From: Ruminiclostridium sp.
Lineage (GTDB): Bacteria > Bacillota > Clostridia > Oscillospirales > Ruminococcaceae
Reading direction: 5' to 3'
NCBI GenBank assembly: GCA_017942025.1
Contig: JAGAVH010000039.1
Location: 2,290-26,289, forward strand
DNA length: 24,000 nt
The notes under the pieces are model-generated. The model did not search any database. It had not been told where the DNA came from and saw only the letters and a program-made list of their open reading frames with translations. Shown here piece after piece: positions 16,844 to 24,000 of the stretch. A program made the position numbers and the translations under genes. Each line of letters begins with the position of its first letter. The first letter of the stretch is position 1.

Positions 16844-17695
16844 ATGGCAAAAAGACTATTATCAGCGGCTATAGCGATACCAATCGGACTTGTCGTTGTA
16901 ATTCTCAATAATGAGCTTGTTTATTATATAGCTATGACATTGCTTTCGGTAATGGCAGTGTATGAGCTTTTAATGGCGACCAAGTATCTGAAAAACAAGC
17001 TTTTATCAGCACTCAGCCTTGTTTTCGTGGCGATAATACCCTTTGTTTACTGGATAGATGCATTAAGACAGCATGTAAAGCTTTTTTATCTGTGTTTTAT
17101 AATTCTGCTTGCATTTACGATGATAATAAAGCACGAAAGAGTAAAATTTGAGCAGGTGGCTTTAGTCTCCTTTGTATCTCTTGCAATACCGCTGGCTCTT
17201 AACACTCTTTCTTTTATAAGAACGAATTTTCCCCAGCACGCAATGTTTTATATTGTTTATATAATGCTCAGCGTATGGGTAGGAGATGCAGGCGCCTACT
17301 TTGTAGGAACCTTCCTCGGTAAGCATAAGATGTGCCCCAAGATAAGTCCCAAAAAGACCTGGGAGGGATTTGTCGGCGGCATTGTGACAACCGGTGTAGT
17401 TGCATTTATCAGTTGCTTTGTATATGAGCTTATTGATTCTGCTATAAACAACGGTGTTCATACATTCAGCGTAAATTATCCGTATCTTGTGGGACTTTCC
17501 CTTGTGCTTTCTGTACTGGGTGTGCTTGGCGACCTTTCTGCGTCTCTTATCAAGAGAGAATGCTCGGTAAAGGATTTCGGCAATATTCTCCCCGGACACG
17601 GAGGCGTGCTGGACAGATTTGACAGCGTACTTTTTGCGGCACCCTTTGCATATATGTTATTCCAGATGTTTGCGCCTATTACCCAGATAATCTAA
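16844..17695 (+). CDS. cdsA: Phosphatidate cytidylyltransferase
   Basis: Multi-TM protein with the CTP_transf_1 signature SLIKRECSVKDFGNILPGHGGVLDRFDS. Confidence 0.93.
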   Translation: MAKRLLSAAIAIPIGLVVVILNNELVYYIAMTLLSVMAVYELLMATKYLKNKLLSALSLVFVAIIPFVYWIDALRQHVKLFYLCFIILLAFTMIIKHERVKFEQVALVSFVSLAIPLALNTLSFIRTNFPQHAMFYIVYIMLSVWVGDAGAYFVGTFLGKHKMCPKISPKKTWEGFVGGIVTTGVVAFISCFVYELIDSAINNGVHTFSVNYPYLVGLSLVLSVLGVLGDLSASLIKRECSVKDFGNILPGHGGVLDRFDSVLFAAPFAYMLFQMFAPITQII

Positions 17696-17719
17696 GTTAG
17701 AACTATTAAGTAAAGACTC

Positions 17720-17755
17720 AATGCCGAAGTAAAACACCTTCGGCATTGTTTGTCA
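17720..17755 (+). terminator. Probable terminator after cdsA
   Basis: 10-bp stem AATGCCGAAG (17720-17729) / CTTCGGCATT (17738-17747) with an 8-nt loop, followed by GTTTGT. Confidence 0.6.
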
Positions 17756-17825
17756 TATTGATTACTTCGTTTCAGTAATATGTTAGTATGTTGCTGTTTT
17801 AAATCCCTGAAATGAGGAGATAAAA

Positions 17826-18974
17826 ATGAGTATTCCACGTGATATAACGCTGCTTGGCAGTACAGGCTCAATAGGCACGCAGACTCTTGATGTGTGCAGA
17901 AAGCATAACATAAAGGTGACTGCGCTGACTTGTCACAGCAACGGAGAGCTTCTTTGCAGTCAGGCGAGGGAGTTTAATCCCGAATATGTCTGCGTCACAG
18001 ATGATAAGTGTTATAATTATGTAAAAACGGAGCTTGCCGATACCAATATAAAAATTCTTTATGGTATGGATGGTCTTTGCGAAACCGCCTCTGTAAAGAC
18101 TGATATGACAGTAAATGCCGTAGTAGGTATGGTAGGACTACGCCCCACTCTGGCGGCTCTCGACTACGGAAATAAGGTAGCTCTTGCCAACAAGGAAACT
18201 CTTGTTACAGGCGGCGAGCTTGTTATGAAAAAGGCGGCGGAAAAGAATCTGCCGATAATTCCCATAGACAGCGAGCACAGCGCTATTTTTCAGTCCCTTA
18301 TGGGCAACGAAAAAAATAAGATAGACAAAATTCTGCTTACAGCCTCAGGCGGACCCTTTTACGGATACAGCTACGAACAGCTTAAAGCAGTTACAAAGGC
18401 TCAGGCATTAAAGCATCCAAACTGGGCAATGGGACAAAAAATAACCATTGATTCTGCTACACTTATGAATAAGGGCTTAGAGCTTATAGAAGCAGTATGG
18501 CTTTTTGATACTGCTCCCGATGATATAGAGATACTTGTACACCGTCAGAGCATACTCCATTCTGCGGTGCAGTACGCGGATGGCTCGATAATCGGTCAGC
18601 TTGGCGTACCTGATATGAAGATACCGATACAGCTTGCTCTCACATATCCCGAGAGATTCGATTGCGACGTAAAAAGACTTTCCCTTGCAGATGTAGGTAC
18701 TCTTACTTTTGCAAGAGCGGATGAAGAAACCTTCCTTTGTCTTGCCTGCGCAAAAAAGGCGATAAAGCGAAGAGGTACAGCCTGCACGGTACTCAACAGC
18801 GCAAATGAAACGGCGGTAGCCTTATTCCTTCAGGATAAGATACCCTTTTACCGTATAGGAGAGCTTGTAGCCGATGCGCTGAATGATGTAAAGCCAAGCG
18901 ATAAGGTTACACTTGAAACAGTTCTTGAAACAGAGATTGCTGCCAGAGAATATGTTCTCAGTAAGGCAGTATAG
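17826..18974 (+). CDS. dxr: 1-deoxy-D-xylulose-5-phosphate reductoisomerase
   Basis: LGSTGSIGTQTLDV, LANKETLV, PIDSEHSAIFQ and HPNWAMG. Confidence 0.96.
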   Translation: MSIPRDITLLGSTGSIGTQTLDVCRKHNIKVTALTCHSNGELLCSQAREFNPEYVCVTDDKCYNYVKTELADTNIKILYGMDGLCETASVKTDMTVNAVVGMVGLRPTLAALDYGNKVALANKETLVTGGELVMKKAAEKNLPIIPIDSEHSAIFQSLMGNEKNKIDKILLTASGGPFYGYSYEQLKAVTKAQALKHPNWAMGQKITIDSATLMNKGLELIEAVWLFDTAPDDIEILVHRQSILHSAVQYADGSIIGQLGVPDMKIPIQLALTYPERFDCDVKRLSLADVGTLTFARADEETFLCLACAKKAIKRRGTACTVLNSANETAVALFLQDKIPFYRIGELVADALNDVKPSDKVTLETVLETEIAAREYVLSKAV

Positions 18975-19006
18975 AATAATTACAGATTTGATATAAGGAG
19001 ATAGTT

Positions 19007-20239
19007 TTGGATATCTTTGGTATAATTATAGGAATTCTGATGTTCCTGCTTATAATTCTGATTCACGAGTTCGGTCATTTTACAGTAGCAAAGCTGTGCA
19101 AAATGAAGGTCAATGAATTCTCGATAGGTATGGGACCTGCCATATTAAAAAAGCAGAAGGGTGAAACGCTTTATTCGTTAAGACTTCTGCCTATAGGCGG
19201 CTTTGTATCGCTGGATGAGGATGTTGAAAACGACGATCCTGACAGCTTCCGCAATAAGCCCGTGTGGATGAGAATACTTGTTATAGCCGCAGGTGCGTTT
19301 ATGAATTTTGTGCTGGGCTTTATCTTCTGTATTGTATCGGTGCTGTGCAACGATAACATCTCCACCACAACAGTAGCTAAATTTTATGATGGTGCTGTAA
19401 GCTCACAACAGCTTATGGCAGGAGACAGAATAGATAGCATAAACGGTATGAAGATATTCACTACTATGGATATTTCCTTCCAGCTTACAAACTCAGACTC
19501 CAGGGAGGAAGGCTCAGGCTTCTACAAATACGACTTTGTGGTTATCCGTGACGGCAAGGAGGTAGAGCTGAAGGAGGTCAGATTTGCTTCAAAGGCATAC
19601 GCCCAGTTCCTTGCGGATTATACAAGCCTTGTGGGAGAAAGCGAAAAATACGCAAAGCTCCCGACAGAATATTTTGATATCAGCGACAACAGCTATACAG
19701 AGGCTTTTGTATCGTTGGAAAAATCCGACAGCGACTTTGCCGTAAAGTTCAAGGAGATTGCAGATAAATACAAGGCAGGTTATGAAACAGAAACAAACAA
19801 CCTATTCCTTGACTTTATCGTATATGGCGTAAAAAAGGATTTTGTTTCAGTTATCACAGCTGCCTGCAAAACCTTTGTATCCGATGCAAGACTTATCTGG
19901 ATATCTCTTATAAATCTGCTTACGGGTACCTACGGACTAAATGAAATGTCAGGCCCTGTAGGTGTTGTACAGAGCGTGGGAACAGTTGCCTCGTTCGGCA
20001 TCGGTTCACTTCTTACTCTGGCGGCGCTTATTGCGATAAACGTAGGTATAGTAAATCTGCTTCCTATCCCTGCTATGGACGGCGGTAGACTGGTATTCCT
20101 TATAATCGAAGCGATAAGGAGAAAACCTATCAAGGCGGAGCACGAAGGTCTTGTTCATTTTATCGGTATTGTGGCTCTTATGCTTCTTATGGTGATAGTG
20201 ACCTTCAATGATATAGCGAGAATTTTTACAGGTGGATAA
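19007..20239 (+). CDS. rseP: RIP zinc metalloprotease (site-2 protease, RseP/RasP family)
   Basis: TTG start after AAGGAG. HEFGH motif at the N-terminus, a central PDZ-like region, and NLLPIPAMDGG near the C-terminus. Confidence 0.92.
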   Translation: MDIFGIIIGILMFLLIILIHEFGHFTVAKLCKMKVNEFSIGMGPAILKKQKGETLYSLRLLPIGGFVSLDEDVENDDPDSFRNKPVWMRILVIAAGAFMNFVLGFIFCIVSVLCNDNISTTTVAKFYDGAVSSQQLMAGDRIDSINGMKIFTTMDISFQLTNSDSREEGSGFYKYDFVVIRDGKEVELKEVRFASKAYAQFLADYTSLVGESEKYAKLPTEYFDISDNSYTEAFVSLEKSDSDFAVKFKEIADKYKAGYETETNNLFLDFIVYGVKKDFVSVITAACKTFVSDARLIWISLINLLTGTYGLNEMSGPVGVVQSVGTVASFGIGSLLTLAALIAINVGIVNLLPIPAMDGGRLVFLIIEAIRRKPIKAEHEGLVHFIGIVALMLLMVIVTFNDIARIFTGG

Positions 20240-20251
20240 CAGGAGAATAAT

Positions 20252-21289
20252 ATGAGTGAAAAAAAGGTAAGGCTCGGCAATCTGTTGCTTGGCGGTGAAA
20301 AAATATATATCCAGTCTATGCTGAGCGTACCTGCTCACGATGTAAAGGGAAATGTGGAGCAGGCAATAGCTCTCGAAAAGGCAGGTTGCGAAATTATCCG
20401 TACTGCTGTACCTACCATCAAGGACGCAGAGCTTATAACAGCGCTCAAGAATGCGGTTAATATTCCTGTTGTTGCCGATATCCATTTTGACTATAGAATA
20501 GCTCTGCGATGCGCTGAGCTTGGCGTAGACAAGATAAGAATAAATCCCGGAAACATCGGCGGAGAGGACAGAGTAAAGGCGGTAGCCGATATCTGTAAAA
20601 GTAAGAATATCCCTATAAGAATAGGGGTAAACAGCGGTTCACTTGAAAAGGAGCTTTTACAGAAATACGGCAGTCCTACCCCCGAGGCGCTTTGCGAAAG
20701 TGCAGAAAGACATATTGCATTACTCAGAAAGTTTGATTTTGACGATATCGTTCTGTCGGTCAAATCCTCTGATGTAAGACTTATGATAAACAGCTACAGA
20801 GCTATACACGAAAAATATCCCTATCCGCTTCATTTAGGCGTTACCGAAGCGGGTACACAGCATATGGGTATTTTAAAATCCGCTGTGGGTATAGGCTCTC
20901 TTTTATCGGACGGAATAGGTGATACCATAAGAGTGTCTCTTACTGCTGATCCCGTAAACGAGGTGTATGCTGCAAAGGATATTTTAAAGGCTGTAGGAAT
21001 GGGCGAGGGTGTAGAGATAGTATCCTGTCCCACCTGCGGCAGAACCTCAATCGACCTTATCGGACTTGCCGAAAAGGTTGAAAATGCCACAAGAGATATA
21101 AAGAAGAATATAAAGATTGCCGTTATGGGCTGTGTTGTAAACGGACCGGGTGAAGCAAGAGAGGCGGATATCGGTGTTGCAGGCGGCAATGGCGAGGGAA
21201 TTATATTCAAAAAAGGCGAGATAATAAAAAAGGTAAGAGAAGAAGAACTGCTTTGCGAGCTTCTGAAGGAAGTTGAAAAGATTGTATAA
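20252..21289 (+). CDS. ispG: 4-hydroxy-3-methylbut-2-enyl diphosphate synthase
   Basis: IQSMLSVP, VADIHFDYR, RINPGNIG and the Fe-S Cys motifs CPTCGR and GCVVNGPGE. Confidence 0.95.
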   Translation: MSEKKVRLGNLLLGGEKIYIQSMLSVPAHDVKGNVEQAIALEKAGCEIIRTAVPTIKDAELITALKNAVNIPVVADIHFDYRIALRCAELGVDKIRINPGNIGGEDRVKAVADICKSKNIPIRIGVNSGSLEKELLQKYGSPTPEALCESAERHIALLRKFDFDDIVLSVKSSDVRLMINSYRAIHEKYPYPLHLGVTEAGTQHMGILKSAVGIGSLLSDGIGDTIRVSLTADPVNEVYAAKDILKAVGMGEGVEIVSCPTCGRTSIDLIGLAEKVENATRDIKKNIKIAVMGCVVNGPGEAREADIGVAGGNGEGIIFKKGEIIKKVREEELLCELLKEVEKIV

Positions 21290-21304
21290 AGGATGGTAGT
21301 AAAA

Positions 21305-24000
21305 ATGGCAAAGCTGAAAGAAATTCTGAATAGTGTAGAACTGACCGATAGGGTAGGCGAGGGCAGATTGTTATCAATTCTTTGTGATGATAGCGATAAA
21401 AGTCTTATCCTCCAGCTTGGTGCGGACGAGCTTATTCCTGCGTCGCTTCTTATAGAAAATGCAGAGGTGATAAGAAAATATCTCGGTGTACCCTCGGTGA
21501 AGATTTACCCTAAGTATGACGAGAGTCTTTTCGATTCTGCATATCTTCGTGATATTGTGGATATCATGAAGGGTACTTACGGTATGATAAACGGCTATCT
21601 TGATGACGCGGAGATAAACGACGACGGCGATACCTTTGAGTTTTCGCTTATGCACGGCGGTTATGACCTGCTTATAAGTGAAAAGATAGACAAGGAAATA
21701 GAAAAGTTTATAAAGGGCGTTTTCGGCAAGAGTGTACATATATCCTTTGATGAAGTAAAAACTGTTGACTTTGAGGAAATGGACAGAATGTACTATGAGG
21801 AGCTTGCCTCCCAGCCTCTGCCCGATTTTGACGCAATAAACAAGAGAGCCGCAGAAAAGGCGGCAGAAAAAAGCTCAGGCGGCAAAAGAAAGAGCCGTCC
21901 CACTCCCTACGAGAATCCCAAGAACAAGAGCTTTTCCTATGAAAGTGAAAAATATGAGCAGAATGCTCTTTTATATCTGGGCGATATGATAGAAGAGCAG
22001 CCTACCGATATTTCTGCTTTAAACGGTGAATATAACAATGTGGCTGTATGGGGCGAGCTTTCCGATGTAGAGCGCAGAGATACAAGAAACGGCGTTTATA
22101 CCATCATTTCAGCAAATCTGTATGACGGTACCGGAAAAATTCCCGTAAAGATGTTTGCACAGACTGCGGAAATTGATAAATACAGCTTCTTTGACGACTA
22201 TGTGACAGTTGTTATGAGCGGTAGCTATAAGCTGGATACATATACAAATCAGAACAGCTTTTTAGCTGAAAATATCATTCAGGTACAGATGAAGGAAGGC
22301 TTTACAATGGCAAAGCCTAAGAACGATTTTTCTGCACCCTCCTTTGGTGCGCCGCCTGCACAGAGCGGTGGCTTCGGCGGTCGCCTTAATGTCCTTGATA
22401 ACCCTGAAGAAATGGAGCTTATGTTTGAAACAAAGCTATTCAACAGCACAGCAACCCTTGTTATGGGCAGACCGATAAACGACCACCCGGTTACTATGGC
22501 GTCTGTCACAAATGAACGTGACGAGGTAACTGTCTGGGGCGAGATTTTTGATGTTGAAAAGAAGGAAACGAAGTCAGGCAAATCTGTGATTGTCACCGCC
22601 GCCTTCAGCGACAGAACAAACTCGATGATGTTAAAGCTCTTTGTTCCTTCAAACAAAATGGATAGCATAGGCTTTATCTCAAAGGGTACAAAGATACTTG
22701 CGACAGGTAGCTTCAAGGCTGACGAGTTTATGAAGTGCAACGTATTCAATCCCTCTTCTGTTATGACAGTTACAACAACGGTAAAGAAGGATAACGCCGA
22801 AGTGAAGAGAGTAGAGCTTCACCTTCATACCACTATGTCGGATATGGACGCCGTGACAGCGCCTGCCGACCTTATAAAGCAGGCTCATAAATGGGGACAC
22901 AGAGCAATAGCTATAACTGACCACGGCAACGCTCAGGCATACCCCGAGGCTATGAATACGGTAGAAAAGATAAACAAGGACGATCCTGATTTCAAGGTCA
23001 TCTACGGACTTGAAGCCTACTTTGTAAACGACGGCAGTACAATAGTAGAGGGCTGTGACAACATCGATATAAATGATGATATAGTTATTTTCGATATAGA
23101 AACCACAGGACTTCATCCTGCCAGCGAAAGAATAACCGAAATAGGCGCTGTAAAGCTCAGAGGATTAGAGGTTGTCGAGGAATTCTCCACCTTTGTAAAT
23201 CCTATGATGCCTATCCCGATGAATATTCAGCAGCTTACGGGAATCACTGATGATATGGTAAAGGACGCACCCACAGAAGATAAGGCAGTTGCAGACTTTA
23301 TGGCGTTTGTGGGAACAGCTCCCGTAGCGGCACATAACGCAAAGTTCGATGTTTCATTTATAAAGAGCGTGTTATCCCGTATGGGCAGAGAGTTTACAAA
23401 TCCCGTTGTTGATACTCTTGCAATAAGCAAGGCGTCCTTAAAGGGACTGAAAAACCACAAGCTTGATACTATTGCGAAATATTACAAGCTGGGCGAATTT
23501 GATCATCACAGAGCGGTAGCGGATGCCAGGATGCTCTGCGATATCTATCTGCACATCATAAACGATACAAAGAAGATTGCAAAGCTTGAAAAGATAGGCG
23601 ATTTCAACAGAGCCTTCGGCGAGGTGGATATAAAGAAGCTTCCTTATTATCACCAGATAATCCTTGTGCAGAATAAGACAGGTCTTAAAAATCTCTACAG
23701 ACTTATTTCTGCATCCAATCTTGATTATTTCTATAAAAAACCGAGAATACCCAAGTCGCTTCTTGAAAAGTACAGAGAGGGACTTATTATTGGTAGCGCC
23801 TGCGAGGCTGGTGAATTATTCAGAGCAATTTTAGAGAATGCTCCCCAGGATAAGATAGACGAGATAGCGTCCTTCTATGATTACCTCGAAATCCAGCCTA
23901 CCGGTAACAATATGTTCTTATACCGCAAGGGCGATGTGCAGAGCATAGAAGAGCTTGAAAACCTGAACAGAAAAATAGTAGAGCTTGGCGACAGACTCGG
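21305..24000 (+). CDS. polC: DNA polymerase III PolC-type, N-terminal ~898 codons (3'-truncated by the window edge)
   Basis: I translated it by hand from ATG 21305 (RBS AGGA about 10 nt upstream) and found no stop before the window end. PHP motif VELHLHTTMSDMDAV, DEDDh exonuclease motifs IVIFDIETTGL, AAHNAKFDVSF and HHRAVADA, then the PHP continuation YHQIILVQNKTGLKNLY. It is absent from the ORF track only because no stop falls inside the window. Confidence 0.95.
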   Translation, partial: MAKLKEILNSVELTDRVGEGRLLSILCDDSDKSLILQLGADELIPASLLIENAEVIRKYLGVPSVKIYPKYDESLFDSAYLRDIVDIMKGTYGMINGYLDDAEINDDGDTFEFSLMHGGYDLLISEKIDKEIEKFIKGVFGKSVHISFDEVKTVDFEEMDRMYYEELASQPLPDFDAINKRAAEKAAEKSSGGKRKSRPTPYENPKNKSFSYESEKYEQNALLYLGDMIEEQPTDISALNGEYNNVAVWGELSDVERRDTRNGVYTIISANLYDGTGKIPVKMFAQTAEIDKYSFFDDYVTVVMSGSYKLDTYTNQNSFLAENIIQVQMKEGFTMAKPKNDFSAPSFGAPPAQSGGFGGRLNVLDNPEEMELMFETKLFNSTATLVMGRPINDHPVTMASVTNERDEVTVWGEIFDVEKKETKSGKSVIVTAAFSDRTNSMMLKLFVPSNKMDSIGFISKGTKILATGSFKADEFMKCNVFNPSSVMTVTTTVKKDNAEVKRVELHLHTTMSDMDAVTAPADLIKQAHKWGHRAIAITDHGNAQAYPEAMNTVEKINKDDPDFKVIYGLEAYFVNDGSTIVEGCDNIDINDDIVIFDIETTGLHPASERITEIGAVKLRGLEVVEEFSTFVNPMMPIPMNIQQLTGITDDMVKDAPTEDKAVADFMAFVGTAPVAAHNAKFDVSFIKSVLSRMGREFTNPVVDTLAISKASLKGLKNHKLDTIAKYYKLGEFDHHRAVADARMLCDIYLHIINDTKKIAKLEKIGDFNRAFGEVDIKKLPYYHQIILVQNKTGLKNLYRLISASNLDYFYKKPRIPKSLLEKYREGLIIGSACEAGELFRAILENAPQDKIDEIASFYDYLEIQPTGNNMFLYRKGDVQSIEELENLNRKIVELGDRL

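Noticed and set aside
17757-17800. A sigma-A promoter for dxr downstream of the cdsA terminator
   Set aside because: There is an extended -10-like TGTTAGTAT, but no -35 with acceptable spacing (candidates are at 12, 16 or 20 nt). That is too weak to list as a feature.
20006-23653. Several 65-160-aa - strand ORFs (20006-20485, 20491-20763, 20830-21210, 21374-21739, 22279-22749, 22679-23116, 23227-23460, 23438-23653)
   Set aside because: All are antisense to rseP, ispG or the uninterrupted polC frame. They have implausible composition and are artefacts of the long sense ORFs.

Overview
This 24 kb window is mostly housekeeping DNA from a low-GC Firmicute. Protein sequences and codon usage suggest a Ruminococcus-like clostridial genome, but that is inference and was not searched. 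All coordinates were counted by hand.

Gene content, almost all on the + strand:
- tuf (5'-truncated), cca and an mreB-family gene.
- A small accessory islet at about 3413-4997.
- A LUD-domain gene on the - strand, then manA and a ROK glucokinase.
- radC-uvrB-uvrA, then hom.
- The classic cluster pyrH-frr-uppS-cdsA-dxr-rseP-ispG-polC. polC runs off the 3' edge and is missing from the ORF track because it has no stop codon in the window.

The islet is the only region that is not ordinary. It holds a divergent pair: a small XRE/Cro-type HTH gene and a gene for a two-TM membrane protein with a C-terminal zinc ribbon. They are separated by a consensus promoter with two 18-bp palindromic operators.

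Unusual non-coding structure brackets this pair on both sides.
- Left side: a four-tract G-quadruplex/i-motif sequence, then a GC-rich, roughly 380-bp hairpin-dense element with about 50-bp structured terminal inverted repeats. It contains an internal duplicated two-hairpin unit whose stem differences are all compensatory.
- Right side: a strictly phased 24-nt array of six mini-hairpins. The linkers are invariant (ATATCAC), the loops are GNA triloops, and the stems are unrelated in sequence but always self-complementary.

I do not recognise either structure as a described repeat or ncRNA family, and they are my best candidates for something new. I found no recognisable defence, toxin, integrase or CRISPR-Cas gene, so any claim of a novel system rests on these structures and remains inference.

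Secondary observations are a tandem duplication of the OB-fold region in the PolC N-terminus and a LexA-box-like palindrome with the wrong spacing upstream of radC-uvrBA.
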